This document shows positions 55,247 to 62,731 of a stretch of 64,000 nucleotides of DNA, in pieces; position 1 is the stretch's first letter, and each line of letters starts with the position of its first letter. Below the pieces are notes generated by a model. It searched no databases and was not told where the DNA came from. It was given only the letters and a program-made list of their open reading frames with translations. Source of the DNA: Syntrophaceae bacterium UBA2192 (GTDB lineage Bacteria; Desulfobacterota; Syntrophia; Syntrophales; UBA2192); the NCBI GenBank assembly GCA_002327315.1, contig DCVI01000150.1, positions 2,114 to 66,113 on the forward strand, written 5' to 3'. A program made the position numbers and the translations under genes.

Positions 55247-55666
55247 TTACATCCCTTCAATCAGAAGTTTCGCAATCGGGATATCGGCCGCGGAAAAATC
55301 ATGGGAGGCAAGGTCAGCCGGCGATACCCAGCGGATTTCCTCGTGATCATGGAGTTGAAAATCCCCGGAGAGATGGATGACCCGGTAGGCCAAGAGCTCG
55401 ATCTCCCCGTGGGGGTAACAATAACAGCTGCGGCCGACAAAGCCGACCACGACGACGTCGATGCCTAACTCCTCCTGCAGCTCTCTCCGGAGGCACGCCT
55501 CCGGGGTCTCTCCCTCCTCGAGCTTCCCGCCGGGGAATTCCCATTTGTCCGCCAGTCGGTCCCCGCGTTTGCGGCGGGCGATGAGGACCCTGCCGTCCTT
55601 TTCGAGGACGGCGGCAGTGACGGTGATTCTTTTGATATCGGAGCTCGAGAATGTCATCCGTTTCAA
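55247..55666 (-). CDS. Nudix hydrolase (MutT / 8-oxo-dGTP diphosphatase-like)
   Basis: Nudix box GGKLEEGETPEACLRRELQEELGI. Confidence 0.8.
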   Translation of the reverse strand: MKRMTFSSSDIKRITVTAAVLEKDGRVLIARRKRGDRLADKWEFPGGKLEEGETPEACLRRELQEELGIDVVVVGFVGRSCYCYPHGEIELLAYRVIHLSGDFQLHDHEEIRWVSPADLASHDFSAADIPIAKLLIEGM

Positions 55667-55782
55667 ACCCTAACAACTCGCCTCAACAGCGTCAAGGCGA
55701 AAACCCTTGAATCGGGGCGCATTCTATGGAATAAAAGGCCTTCCTTTTGGAGAAAACCCTACAAAAAATGTAGGAGCGGCAC

Positions 55783-56280
55783 ATGAGAAAGTGGATCTGG
55801 GGGCTTCTTTACCTCCTGAGCATCCTTCTGGGCAATGCCTTCGTCATCTGGTTCGGCATCGTGACCATAGCCGGACTCACCTTTCCGGCCGGCGTGGTCT
55901 GGATCGGGTTGACATTTTCCTTTCGGGATTTTGTTCAGCGCTACTGGGGCGACCGGGCCACCTGGGGCTGGATGGTTGCAGCGTCGGTCATCACTCTTTT
56001 CTTCAATATGGATATAGCGTTAGCCTCGATGGCGGCCTTCTTCGTATCGGAGAGCCTCGACTGGCTCTTATTCAGGGTGCTCAAGCGCTCCTTTTCCTCC
56101 CGGATCATCTGGTCCAACCTCGTCTCCTGCCCGGTCGATTCTCTTGTTTTTGTCCTGCTTGCCTTTGGGCCTGTCTGGCCTGCCATCATCGGGCAGGCTG
56201 TTATCAAGTATCTCTCGGGACTTGTCGTTCTTCCTTTCCTGGCGACCCAGCGACCGACACCCGCGATCCCTTCCACGTAA
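55783..56280 (+). CDS. VUT-family (YhhQ/DUF165-like) membrane protein
   Basis: TAGGAG RBS and 5-6 TM helices. PAGVVWIGLTFSFRDFVQRYWG resembles the queuosine-precursor transporter family. Confidence 0.6.
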   Translation: MRKWIWGLLYLLSILLGNAFVIWFGIVTIAGLTFPAGVVWIGLTFSFRDFVQRYWGDRATWGWMVAASVITLFFNMDIALASMAAFFVSESLDWLLFRVLKRSFSSRIIWSNLVSCPVDSLVFVLLAFGPVWPAIIGQAVIKYLSGLVVLPFLATQRPTPAIPST

Positions 56281-56330
56281 CCGGAGAATCCCACGTCCTT
56301 CAATCCAATCACGGCCATCGCCAGATGCTA

Positions 56331-56416
56331 GTGAAGATCGGAAGATAGGAGGCGCGGAAGAGCGGAACTTGGAGTAGTTTTTCCGATTTTCTGCTCTTCC
56401 TCACTTCATAACTTCA
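56331..56416. repeat. purine/pyrimidine-arm hairpin related to 54243-54341
   Basis: GTGAAGATCGGAAGATAGGAGGCGCGGAAGAGCGGAA ... TTCCGATTTTCTGCTCTTCCTCACTTCATAACTTCA. Confidence 0.6.
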
Positions 56417-56484
56417 TGATCGCTGACCTCCAAACGAGAGTTCATGGCGACATTTCTGCGAGCCCCAAAATTATTTTGGCCGGC

Positions 56485-56605
56485 TGGCACAAGTTGTCAC
56501 ACTTGTTGCATAATCAATAAAGCGAATTCGATAACTTGAAACCCCATTTATCTCTCTCTGGGTGCCAGTTTCCCCTCCTTCACCTGGCACCCAATCTTTT
56601 TTTTT
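56485..56605 (+). ncRNA. candidate small RNA: promoter-like element plus a strong orphan terminator
   Basis: TGGCAC/TGTCAC-N5-TTGCA and CATAAT at 56485-56514. About 45 nt further is TGGGTGCCAG-tttcccctccttcac-CTGGCACCCA followed by a T9 run. No ORF is present. The loop CCCCUCCUU is anti-SD-like. Confidence 0.4.
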
Positions 56606-56888
56606 GCCCTTTTTATTTTCCCTTCCCTTTTGTCTTTACAAGCTCAGGGTTTTGTCAGATATAGGTATTGTCGCGCACGATGCGCGTCAGTACAGGGACA
56701 TCAACGGCGGGAATCGTGGGGCTTCTGGAGAAGATAGAAAAACGTCTGGTCCTCCGGCTGATGAAGAGTTCGGGCAAGCAGCCATTTCTCCTCGTGTTCA
56801 TCATCGTGTTTCTGTCCATGAACAAGAAGGGAAAGAAAAAGGTCGAGCCCGAAAAGGACGAAAACTACTGGCGGGTGCTCGGAGGATT

Positions 56889-56906
56889 GTGACGGAATTC
56901 CGTCAC
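56889..56906. repeat. perfect 18-bp palindrome
   Basis: GTGACGGAATTCCGTCAC. Confidence 0.8.
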
Positions 56907-57110
56907 TTCAACCGTTCAACTTGCCGGAAATTTGACTCTTTCCTGCCCACCGCCAACACTTTCAATGCGCCAGCAAGGAATCCGAAAGGTGCATTTCGGC
57001 GTTTTCCGGTAACCACTCTTATATCGAAGCCCTTCGGCACCCTTCGCTGAACTCAGGACAGGCGCTCAGGGTAAACTCCGCATCCGCTGTTTATGTCCGA
57101 TACCGGGTGT

Positions 57111-57177
57111 CATGGTGAGCAGCCATCGTGAGCGGTCATGGTGAGCCTGCCGAACCACGAACGACGAACCATGAGCC
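57111..57177. repeat. CATGGTGAGC / GAACCATGAGC-type repeat cluster
   Basis: catggtgagcagccatcgtgagcggtcatggtgagcctgccgaaccacgaacgacgaaccatgagcc. The related GTGAGCCTGTCGAACGG lies at about 58212. Confidence 0.5.
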
Positions 57178-57271
57178 CGCAGGGCGAGTTTTTGAGCCGC
57201 AGCGAAGCGAGAGTTAGAGTGGTCGGAAAATGTCGACGCGTCCGAGGGTTGCTTGCTGACGCCTTTCCCTG

Positions 57272-58102
57272 CTAACGCATCATGATGCACTTCGTGTTCA
57301 GAAGCCGCGCCACGGCATCCTCCGCGACGGGCTTGCGGAACATCTCCTTGCCTTCCCGGCAGACGAATTGCTCATCCCGCCAGAAAATTCCGATAGGGAT
57401 CCGCTCGCCCCAGGTCTGTGCCGTCCGTATGGCTTCGCTCCGTTCTCGCAGAGGTTCCTCCACCCGGTAGACTCTTTCGCGGTACCAGGGATAGGTGTTT
57501 ACCTTGTTGAAGCTCACGCAGGGCTGCAGGATATCGACGACGGAGGTGCCCTTGAAGAGGATCGCCTCGCGGAAGACCTTCTCCATGTGCTGGGGGTCGC
57601 CGGCAAAGGTCCGCGCGACGAAGGGGGCCCCTACGATGAGAGCCACGGCCAGCGGATCGAGGGGGGTGTTGAGGTTTCCCTGGGGGTCCAGGGCGTTTTT
57701 CATGCCCGCATCCGTCGTGGGGGAGCTCTGCCCCTTTGTGAGGCCGTATACCTTGTTGTCGCAGGCGAGGATCGTGATGTCGAGCCGGCGCCGTATCGTG
57801 TGGATGAAGTGATTTCCGCCTTCTCCATACTGGCACCCGTCACCGGAGACGGCAATCACGGTCAGCTCCGGGCGAGCCAGCTTGATGCCCACGGCGAGCG
57901 GCAATGACCGGCCGTGAAGGCCGTTGAAGTAGCTGTACGGCAGATAGTGGGGCATCTTGGCCGCCTGGCCGATCCCCGAAGTCAGGACGATGTCCTTTCC
58001 CGGGAGTGGCAGCTCTTTCAGAACTTTTTCCAGGGTGGCCCGGATGGGGAAATCCCCGCAGCCCGGGCACCAGGCGATGTCCTGTCTAGACACGGGAACC
58101 AT
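57272..58102 (-). CDS. korB: 2-oxoacid:ferredoxin oxidoreductase beta (TPP-binding) subunit
   Basis: WCPGCGDF N-terminus and TPP motif VSGDGCQYGEGGNHF. Confidence 0.9.
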   Translation of the reverse strand: MVPVSRQDIAWCPGCGDFPIRATLEKVLKELPLPGKDIVLTSGIGQAAKMPHYLPYSYFNGLHGRSLPLAVGIKLARPELTVIAVSGDGCQYGEGGNHFIHTIRRRLDITILACDNKVYGLTKGQSSPTTDAGMKNALDPQGNLNTPLDPLAVALIVGAPFVARTFAGDPQHMEKVFREAILFKGTSVVDILQPCVSFNKVNTYPWYRERVYRVEEPLRERSEAIRTAQTWGERIPIGIFWRDEQFVCREGKEMFRKPVAEDAVARLLNTKCIMMR

Positions 58103-58104
58103 CC

Positions 58105-58245
58105 TTTCAGTTCCCTCTCCCTTGAGGGGAGAGGGCTAGGGTGAGGGTGATGTTTTCCTTTCCTCTCAGGCTCCCTGTCCCCGCCGAGGGAGAGCGGTGT
58201 CGTGAGCCTGTCGAACGGGATTGAGGTGAGGGTGAAATTCTTCCT
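58105..58245 (-). repeat. family-B element (inverted copy) inside the korA-korB spacer
   Basis: CCCTCTCCCTTGAGGGGAGAGGGCTAGGGTGAGGGTG ... GGATTGAGGTGAGGGTGAAAT, which is the reverse complement of the ATTTCACCCTCACCTCAATCC end. Confidence 0.7.
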
Positions 58246-58248
58246 CCT

Positions 58249-59871
58249 TCAGCCGACAATCTTCCTGACCTTCTCGACCAGTTCCGCGACGGTGAAGCAC
58301 TCGCCGTTGTATTTAAGGATCCGATGATTCACCTTCAAACCCAGTTCGCGCCTGAGCAACTGCGCGAACTGGCCTGTCGCATTGTTCTCGATGCATATCA
58401 AGCGCTTGCGGGAAAGCCCTCTCGCCATTTTCGGCGCCAGGGGGTAGACCTGGCCGAAATGCAGGGCCGCCACTGCGATCCTTTCGGCCTGGAGGGCCTC
58501 GACAGCCTCCTGGACAATGAGGTGGTTCGATCCCCACGAGATGAGAACCGTAGCGGCCTTTCGATCCCCGAAGCGGGAGGGCATGACGGCTTCCTGTTTG
58601 ATTCCTTCCATCTTCCGGAGCCGCTTTTCGACCATCCGGACCCTCAGATCGAGATCTTCCGTGATTTTCCCATCCTCGGTGTGCTCGTCGGAGTCGACCT
58701 CGACGCGTGCCTCCGAAAGGCCGGGGTAAGTCAGGGGCGAGACCCCGTCGGCCGTGATCGCATAGCGTTTGTATCCGGCCTCGAAGACGGGGTACTCCCG
58801 GCGAAGCATTTTTGTCGGGACCCGTCCATCCATGACCTGGACGGAGTCGGCGAGGTACTGGTCCGTCAGGATGAAGACGGGAACCTGCCATCGGTCGGCC
58901 AGATCAAAGCCCTTCCGCGCCAGTGCGATGGCCCCCTCGATGGATCCCGGGGCGAAGATCACCCTGGAAAACTCGCCGTGGCCCGCGTGAAGGACGAAAT
59001 TCAGGTCGGCCTGCTCGGTCCTGGTCGGAAGCCCCGTTGCCGGTCCCGGCCGCTGGGCGTCGATGATGACGATCGGCGTCTCCGTCATGCCGGCAAGCGA
59101 GACGGCCTCCGTCATGAGGGCAAATCCCCCGCCCGAGGTGGCCACCATGGAACGCAGCCCTGCGTACGAGGCGCCCAGGGCCATGTTCAGGGCCGCGATC
59201 TCGTCTTCGGCCTGCTCGAAATGCACGGGAATCTCCGCCGCAACGGTTGCGAAGTAATGCAGGATCGACGTGGCGGGCGTCATGGGGTAGCCGGCCATGA
59301 ACTGACAGCCGCCGAGAAGCGCCCCCAGGGCGAGGGCCTGGTTCCCGTCGAGTTTGCAGTGATCGCCCGCCTTCGGGGCTATGACCATGCGGCCCGCAAG
59401 CTCCCAGCGGGCGGCAAAATCCCGGCCCTTCGCCAGGGCGCTGCGAGCCGGTTCATCGGCGGCCGACTTCGTTTCTGCGGGGTCCGCACCGATGAACGCG
59501 AGGATGAGGCCGACGAGGATGGTGCTTGTGGCCGAAACATCCTGGAAAGAACCCTTTGCCTCCGCCTCGATCTGCCCCACCCGGTCGGCGCCGATGAAGA
59601 CGCCGCCCGTCCCCAAAGAGGGGCGGTGCCTTCGCTCCGTCTCGCCGTCGTCCATGGCGACGATCAAGTCCCAGGGTCTGCCGCTCAATGCATGAACGGG
59701 CTTGTCAGCCACACGGATCATGTGGAAGTTGTGGCCGCCCCGTATGCGCGACATGTAGTTCTTCGTGGCGAAGAAATGGTAGCCCATCTCGGAGAGAAGC
59801 TCCGAGAGCTCCATCTCGACGGAAAACATCCCCTGCCCGGCTTCCCCACCGATCAGTACATTGAATTCCAT
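58249..59871 (-). CDS. korA: 2-oxoacid:ferredoxin oxidoreductase alpha subunit with a fused N-terminal gamma domain
   Basis: Gamma-type N-terminus LIGGEAGQGM...RGGHN, then alpha GNQALALGALLGGCQFMAGYPMTP. Confidence 0.9.
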   Translation of the reverse strand: MEFNVLIGGEAGQGMFSVEMELSELLSEMGYHFFATKNYMSRIRGGHNFHMIRVADKPVHALSGRPWDLIVAMDDGETERRHRPSLGTGGVFIGADRVGQIEAEAKGSFQDVSATSTILVGLILAFIGADPAETKSAADEPARSALAKGRDFAARWELAGRMVIAPKAGDHCKLDGNQALALGALLGGCQFMAGYPMTPATSILHYFATVAAEIPVHFEQAEDEIAALNMALGASYAGLRSMVATSGGGFALMTEAVSLAGMTETPIVIIDAQRPGPATGLPTRTEQADLNFVLHAGHGEFSRVIFAPGSIEGAIALARKGFDLADRWQVPVFILTDQYLADSVQVMDGRVPTKMLRREYPVFEAGYKRYAITADGVSPLTYPGLSEARVEVDSDEHTEDGKITEDLDLRVRMVEKRLRKMEGIKQEAVMPSRFGDRKAATVLISWGSNHLIVQEAVEALQAERIAVAALHFGQVYPLAPKMARGLSRKRLICIENNATGQFAQLLRRELGLKVNHRILKYNGECFTVAELVEKVRKIVG

Positions 59872-59974
59872 GGTTTCCTCCCGCGGTCTTTCATGAACCT
59901 GCGATCGGTAATGTGTGCTGGGGTTTGCCGCCCCCGGAATGGGTCATTTACCGGTGGCGACGGGAACTCAGTCC

Positions 59975-60217
59975 TCAGGAAAGGCCCTCGCGCTCCATCT
60001 CGGCGATGAGGTCCAGGTAGGTCTTTGCAAGCAGGTCCTCGAGGATCTGGCTTTTCTTCCACGAAGGAAACCAGTCGATCTCGGATGCGTTGTCCGCCTC
60101 GATTTGTTCCCTGCTCTGCCAGAATTTTTCCTGGATGGCCGAGGCCTTCTCCTGGCCGAATCTTTCCTGGTACTGCATCAAGGCGTGGAGGAATCTTTCT
60201 CGAGTAGAGCCTTCCAT
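59975..60217 (-). CDS. hypothetical protein (80 aa)
   Basis: Acidic, helical ORF downstream of the selenoprotein pair. No motif recognised. Confidence 0.45.
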   Translation of the reverse strand: MEGSTRERFLHALMQYQERFGQEKASAIQEKFWQSREQIEADNASEIDWFPSWKKSQILEDLLAKTYLDLIAEMEREGLS

Positions 60218-60310
60218 GGGATGCCTGCCTGCAAGAAGAAGTTACGAAAGTGGAAAGAGGCACAGGGACGGAGGCCGTCTTTCGGCCCCCGCCCCGGCGA
60301 GTTGTGCGAA

Positions 60311-60619
60311 TTACTGCAGAATCTTCGGCGGCCCGGAGAGCGGAAACCCCGCCTTTTCGAGGGCATCGACGATCTTTTCGATACTGGTTACTTCGTCATC
60401 GAAGTGGATGATCGCCATGTGGGTGAACTCATTGACATCCGACTTTCCGGCCTTTGCAACGTTTGTGAGGGTCCAACTGACCCTGTCCCGGGTGAAGGGT
60501 CACTCGCAGTTCGGCAGCATGACCTGGATGATCCGCTCCTTGGCCATGGCGGTTGAGGCGCCGATCAGGATGACAAGCACAACCGTGAACAGCACCAGGA
60601 GAATCGATCTTGATCTCAT
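60311..60619 (-). CDS. exported HMA-like ferredoxin-fold selenoprotein candidate (C-E-U motif); Sec codon at 60500-60502; absent from the ORF track
   Basis: AAGGAGG RBS. MRSRSILLVLFTVVLVILIGASTAMA signal peptide. KERIIQVMLPNCE-U-PFTRDRVSWTLTNVAKAGKSDVNEFTHMAIIHFDDEVTSIEKIVDALEKAGFPLSG follows the HMA layout (metal-binding loop, ...V.fD....s.e.i..ai..aGf). Confidence 0.6.
60468..60484 (-). promoter_or_regulatory. candidate SECIS hairpin
   Basis: AGGGUC-AGUUG-GACCCU (6-bp stem) begins 15 nt after the UGA. Confidence 0.4.
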
Positions 60620-60682
60620 GGATGAACCTCCTTTTCAATTTGCATTATTTTAATCACTCCGGCGGCCAAAATCCACTCAAAT

Positions 60683-61222
60683 CTATTTGCCTCCGTTGAG
60701 GTCTTTCAGCACCCTGAGGATCTCTTCATAGTCGGGCGACCCGTCCCGCACGTAGCGGATGGTTGCCTTTTTGTCGATAATGACGGTTCGCCGCTCAAAG
60801 GGGAACCTACCCTCCTTCACGACTCCAAAGGAGCTTCCCAGGTAACCGGAGATGTTCGACAGCAGGGGAAAGGACAGTCTTAAATGTTTTTTCCAGTATT
60901 GGAGGGTCTGCACGTCGTCACGGCTGACGCCCACGACCTGGGCGTTGAGGGACCTGTAGGCTTCCAGGTTCGCCTGGTGTCCCTGCATCTCGCCCGTTCA
61001 GGTGGGGGTGTAGGCTGCCGGGAAGAATGTGACGATCAGGAAGGCCTTGTCGTAGTATTCCGGTCCGTAGTTGATCGCCCGGTCCTCCGTTGAGGAGAGG
61101 GTGAAATTGACGGTCTGCTTGCCGATCAGGGGATCCTGCTGACCGGCTGCCCGGATCGTCAGAGGGATCATCAGCAGCGCGACCAGAAGGAGAAGCCCAA
61201 CGGTAAATCGCCGAGTCATCAT
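60683..61222 (-). CDS. exported PrxQ/Bcp-type peroxiredoxin, selenoprotein candidate; Sec codon at 60998-61000
   Basis: AAGGAGG RBS. Signal peptide MMTRRFTVGLLLLVALLMIPLTIRA. FLIVTFFPAAYTPT-U-TGEMQGHQANLE matches F-[YF]-P-x3-T-P-x-C-T-x-E, with U at the peroxidatic Cys. Both track ORFs are in the same frame across the UGA. Confidence 0.75.
60964..60977 (-). promoter_or_regulatory. weak candidate SECIS hairpin
   Basis: CCAGG-CGAA-CCUGG lies 20 nt after the UGA. A wider AGGGAC...GUCCCU pairing is also possible. Confidence 0.25.
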
Positions 61223-61281
61223 GGGATACCTCCTTTGCGGGTTGATGGGACACAGTTGCGGAGTTGACGGGATGCCCGATA

Positions 61282-62571
61282 TCAGGTCGGGGGCTTTGCC
61301 TTTCGCACCACGGCCTCGAAAAAAGCCGAGCGAAGAGGATCGATGGCCATGAGCGCCCGGGCCGGCGGAGTTTTTTCCAGGGCGGCCGCAATGCGTCCGA
61401 AGGCGCGCCAGCCCCACTGCTCGTGGCCTTCGAAAACGAGGTTGGCGAGCTTGCCGCGCTCGATGGCCATGGCGATCACCTTGTCGAAGGTCGTCTCCGG
61501 CGTGAACACCCTCTTGGGCCGGGGCTTCATCCGGATCGCCCCGGTCTTGCATCCCGTGTAGCACACGCCGCAGCCGAGGCAGAACTCCTCCTGGTGACGG
61601 GCCTTCTTCGCGTTCTTTTTCCCGCCCTCGGCCTCAACGGGGACCATGTCGATCAGCTCGACGGGGCAGAGTTTGGCGCACTTGCCGCAGCCCTTGCATT
61701 TTGTCTCGTCGATCTCGACGGTCCAGTTCGACGTGACGATGGCGTTGCGCTGACCCATGACCCGGATGGCCTTCATCATCTCGCAGCAGCAACCGCAGCA
61801 GTTACAGATGTAGGCGGCGTTTTTCCGGACATTGTCGCCCGTCTGGGCAAGCCCCAGCTCCTTGCACTGCTCGAGGATCTTGAGCGCCTCCGCCGTCGAA
61901 ACGGGCCGGGCAAAACCGTTTTTCACGAGGATCTCCGCCCCCATGTTGAGGGCAATGCAGTTCTCCATGGGCCTGTCGCATGCCTTCCCCAGGTGGGAGG
62001 CCTTGTGCCGGCAGGCGCAAAGCGACACGGAGGCCGCCGAGGCCGATTCGATGAGCCGGGTGGCCCGCTCCCAGTCGAGGATCTCCGTGTGGTCCCCCTC
62101 CGGGAGGGCCTCCTCGCGCACGAGCGATCGGCCGATCTGTGTGTCGGCCCCGAAGACGGACCGGGCGAAGCGGTCATCGCCGTGCATGTAGGCATCGAAG
62201 AGTCGCGCCAGCTCCTTCAGGGGGAGCTTGTCGTCGGCGCGCATGAAGGTGTACTCGAAGAAGCCGATGACGACGGGTGCCAGCGACACGTAACGGCGCC
62301 CGCCCCTGCCGATGTCGATGACGAGCCCCCGATGGGCCATCTCGGTGATCCAGCCATCGAGGGCCGCGGGCTCCATGCCCAGCTTCTTGGCGAGCCGTCC
62401 CACGGTGGTAAAGCGCGTCGGAATCTGCCGGGCGATATTGGCATCCTCAGGCGAGAAGAGAATTTTCAGGATCTCCATGAAATGGGGCGAGTCGGGCGCA
62501 CCGGTCACGTTGCGGTCGAGGCGCTGCTGGAGGAGGCGGTATTCGCGGTCAGGGTTAACGATGTGTCCCAT
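61282..62571 (-). CDS. Fe-S protein with a CCGCCC motif and two 4Fe-4S ferredoxin motifs
   Basis: ICNCCGCCCEMM, CKGCGKCAKLCP and CLGCGVCYTGC. Confidence 0.75.
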   Translation of the reverse strand: MGHIVNPDREYRLLQQRLDRNVTGAPDSPHFMEILKILFSPEDANIARQIPTRFTTVGRLAKKLGMEPAALDGWITEMAHRGLVIDIGRGGRRYVSLAPVVIGFFEYTFMRADDKLPLKELARLFDAYMHGDDRFARSVFGADTQIGRSLVREEALPEGDHTEILDWERATRLIESASAASVSLCACRHKASHLGKACDRPMENCIALNMGAEILVKNGFARPVSTAEALKILEQCKELGLAQTGDNVRKNAAYICNCCGCCCEMMKAIRVMGQRNAIVTSNWTVEIDETKCKGCGKCAKLCPVELIDMVPVEAEGGKKNAKKARHQEEFCLGCGVCYTGCKTGAIRMKPRPKRVFTPETTFDKVIAMAIERGKLANLVFEGHEQWGWRAFGRIAAALEKTPPARALMAIDPLRSAFFEAVVRKAKPPT

Positions 62572-62731
62572 AGGAAATACTTATCATCCTGGGCTGTTGA
62601 CCGGGGGCGCGTCCCGTCAGGGGGCGCAATCATGTCCTGTTTAGGACCTTGCCGGGAAGCACCGCAGGTGCTTCAAAATAAACCCATCTGCAGTTTCTTG
62701 CAACCTTTCCTTAATCTCCCTCTCCCTTGAG

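Noticed and set aside
56668-56892. 74-aa ORF, with an internal 43-aa version MKSSGKQPFLLVFIIVFLSMNKKGKKK..., considered as a type I toxin partnered with the nearby sRNA candidate
   Set aside because: There is no RBS before either start and no antisense overlap with the sRNA candidate. The region is full of repeats. The idea is purely speculative.
60998-61564. 188-aa track ORF as an independent gene
   Set aside because: The first 114 residues are Arg/Asp/Gly-rich and overlap the 3' end of the Fe-S gene. The real start is ATG 61222 (RBS plus signal peptide). The ORF continues through the UGA into 60683-60988.
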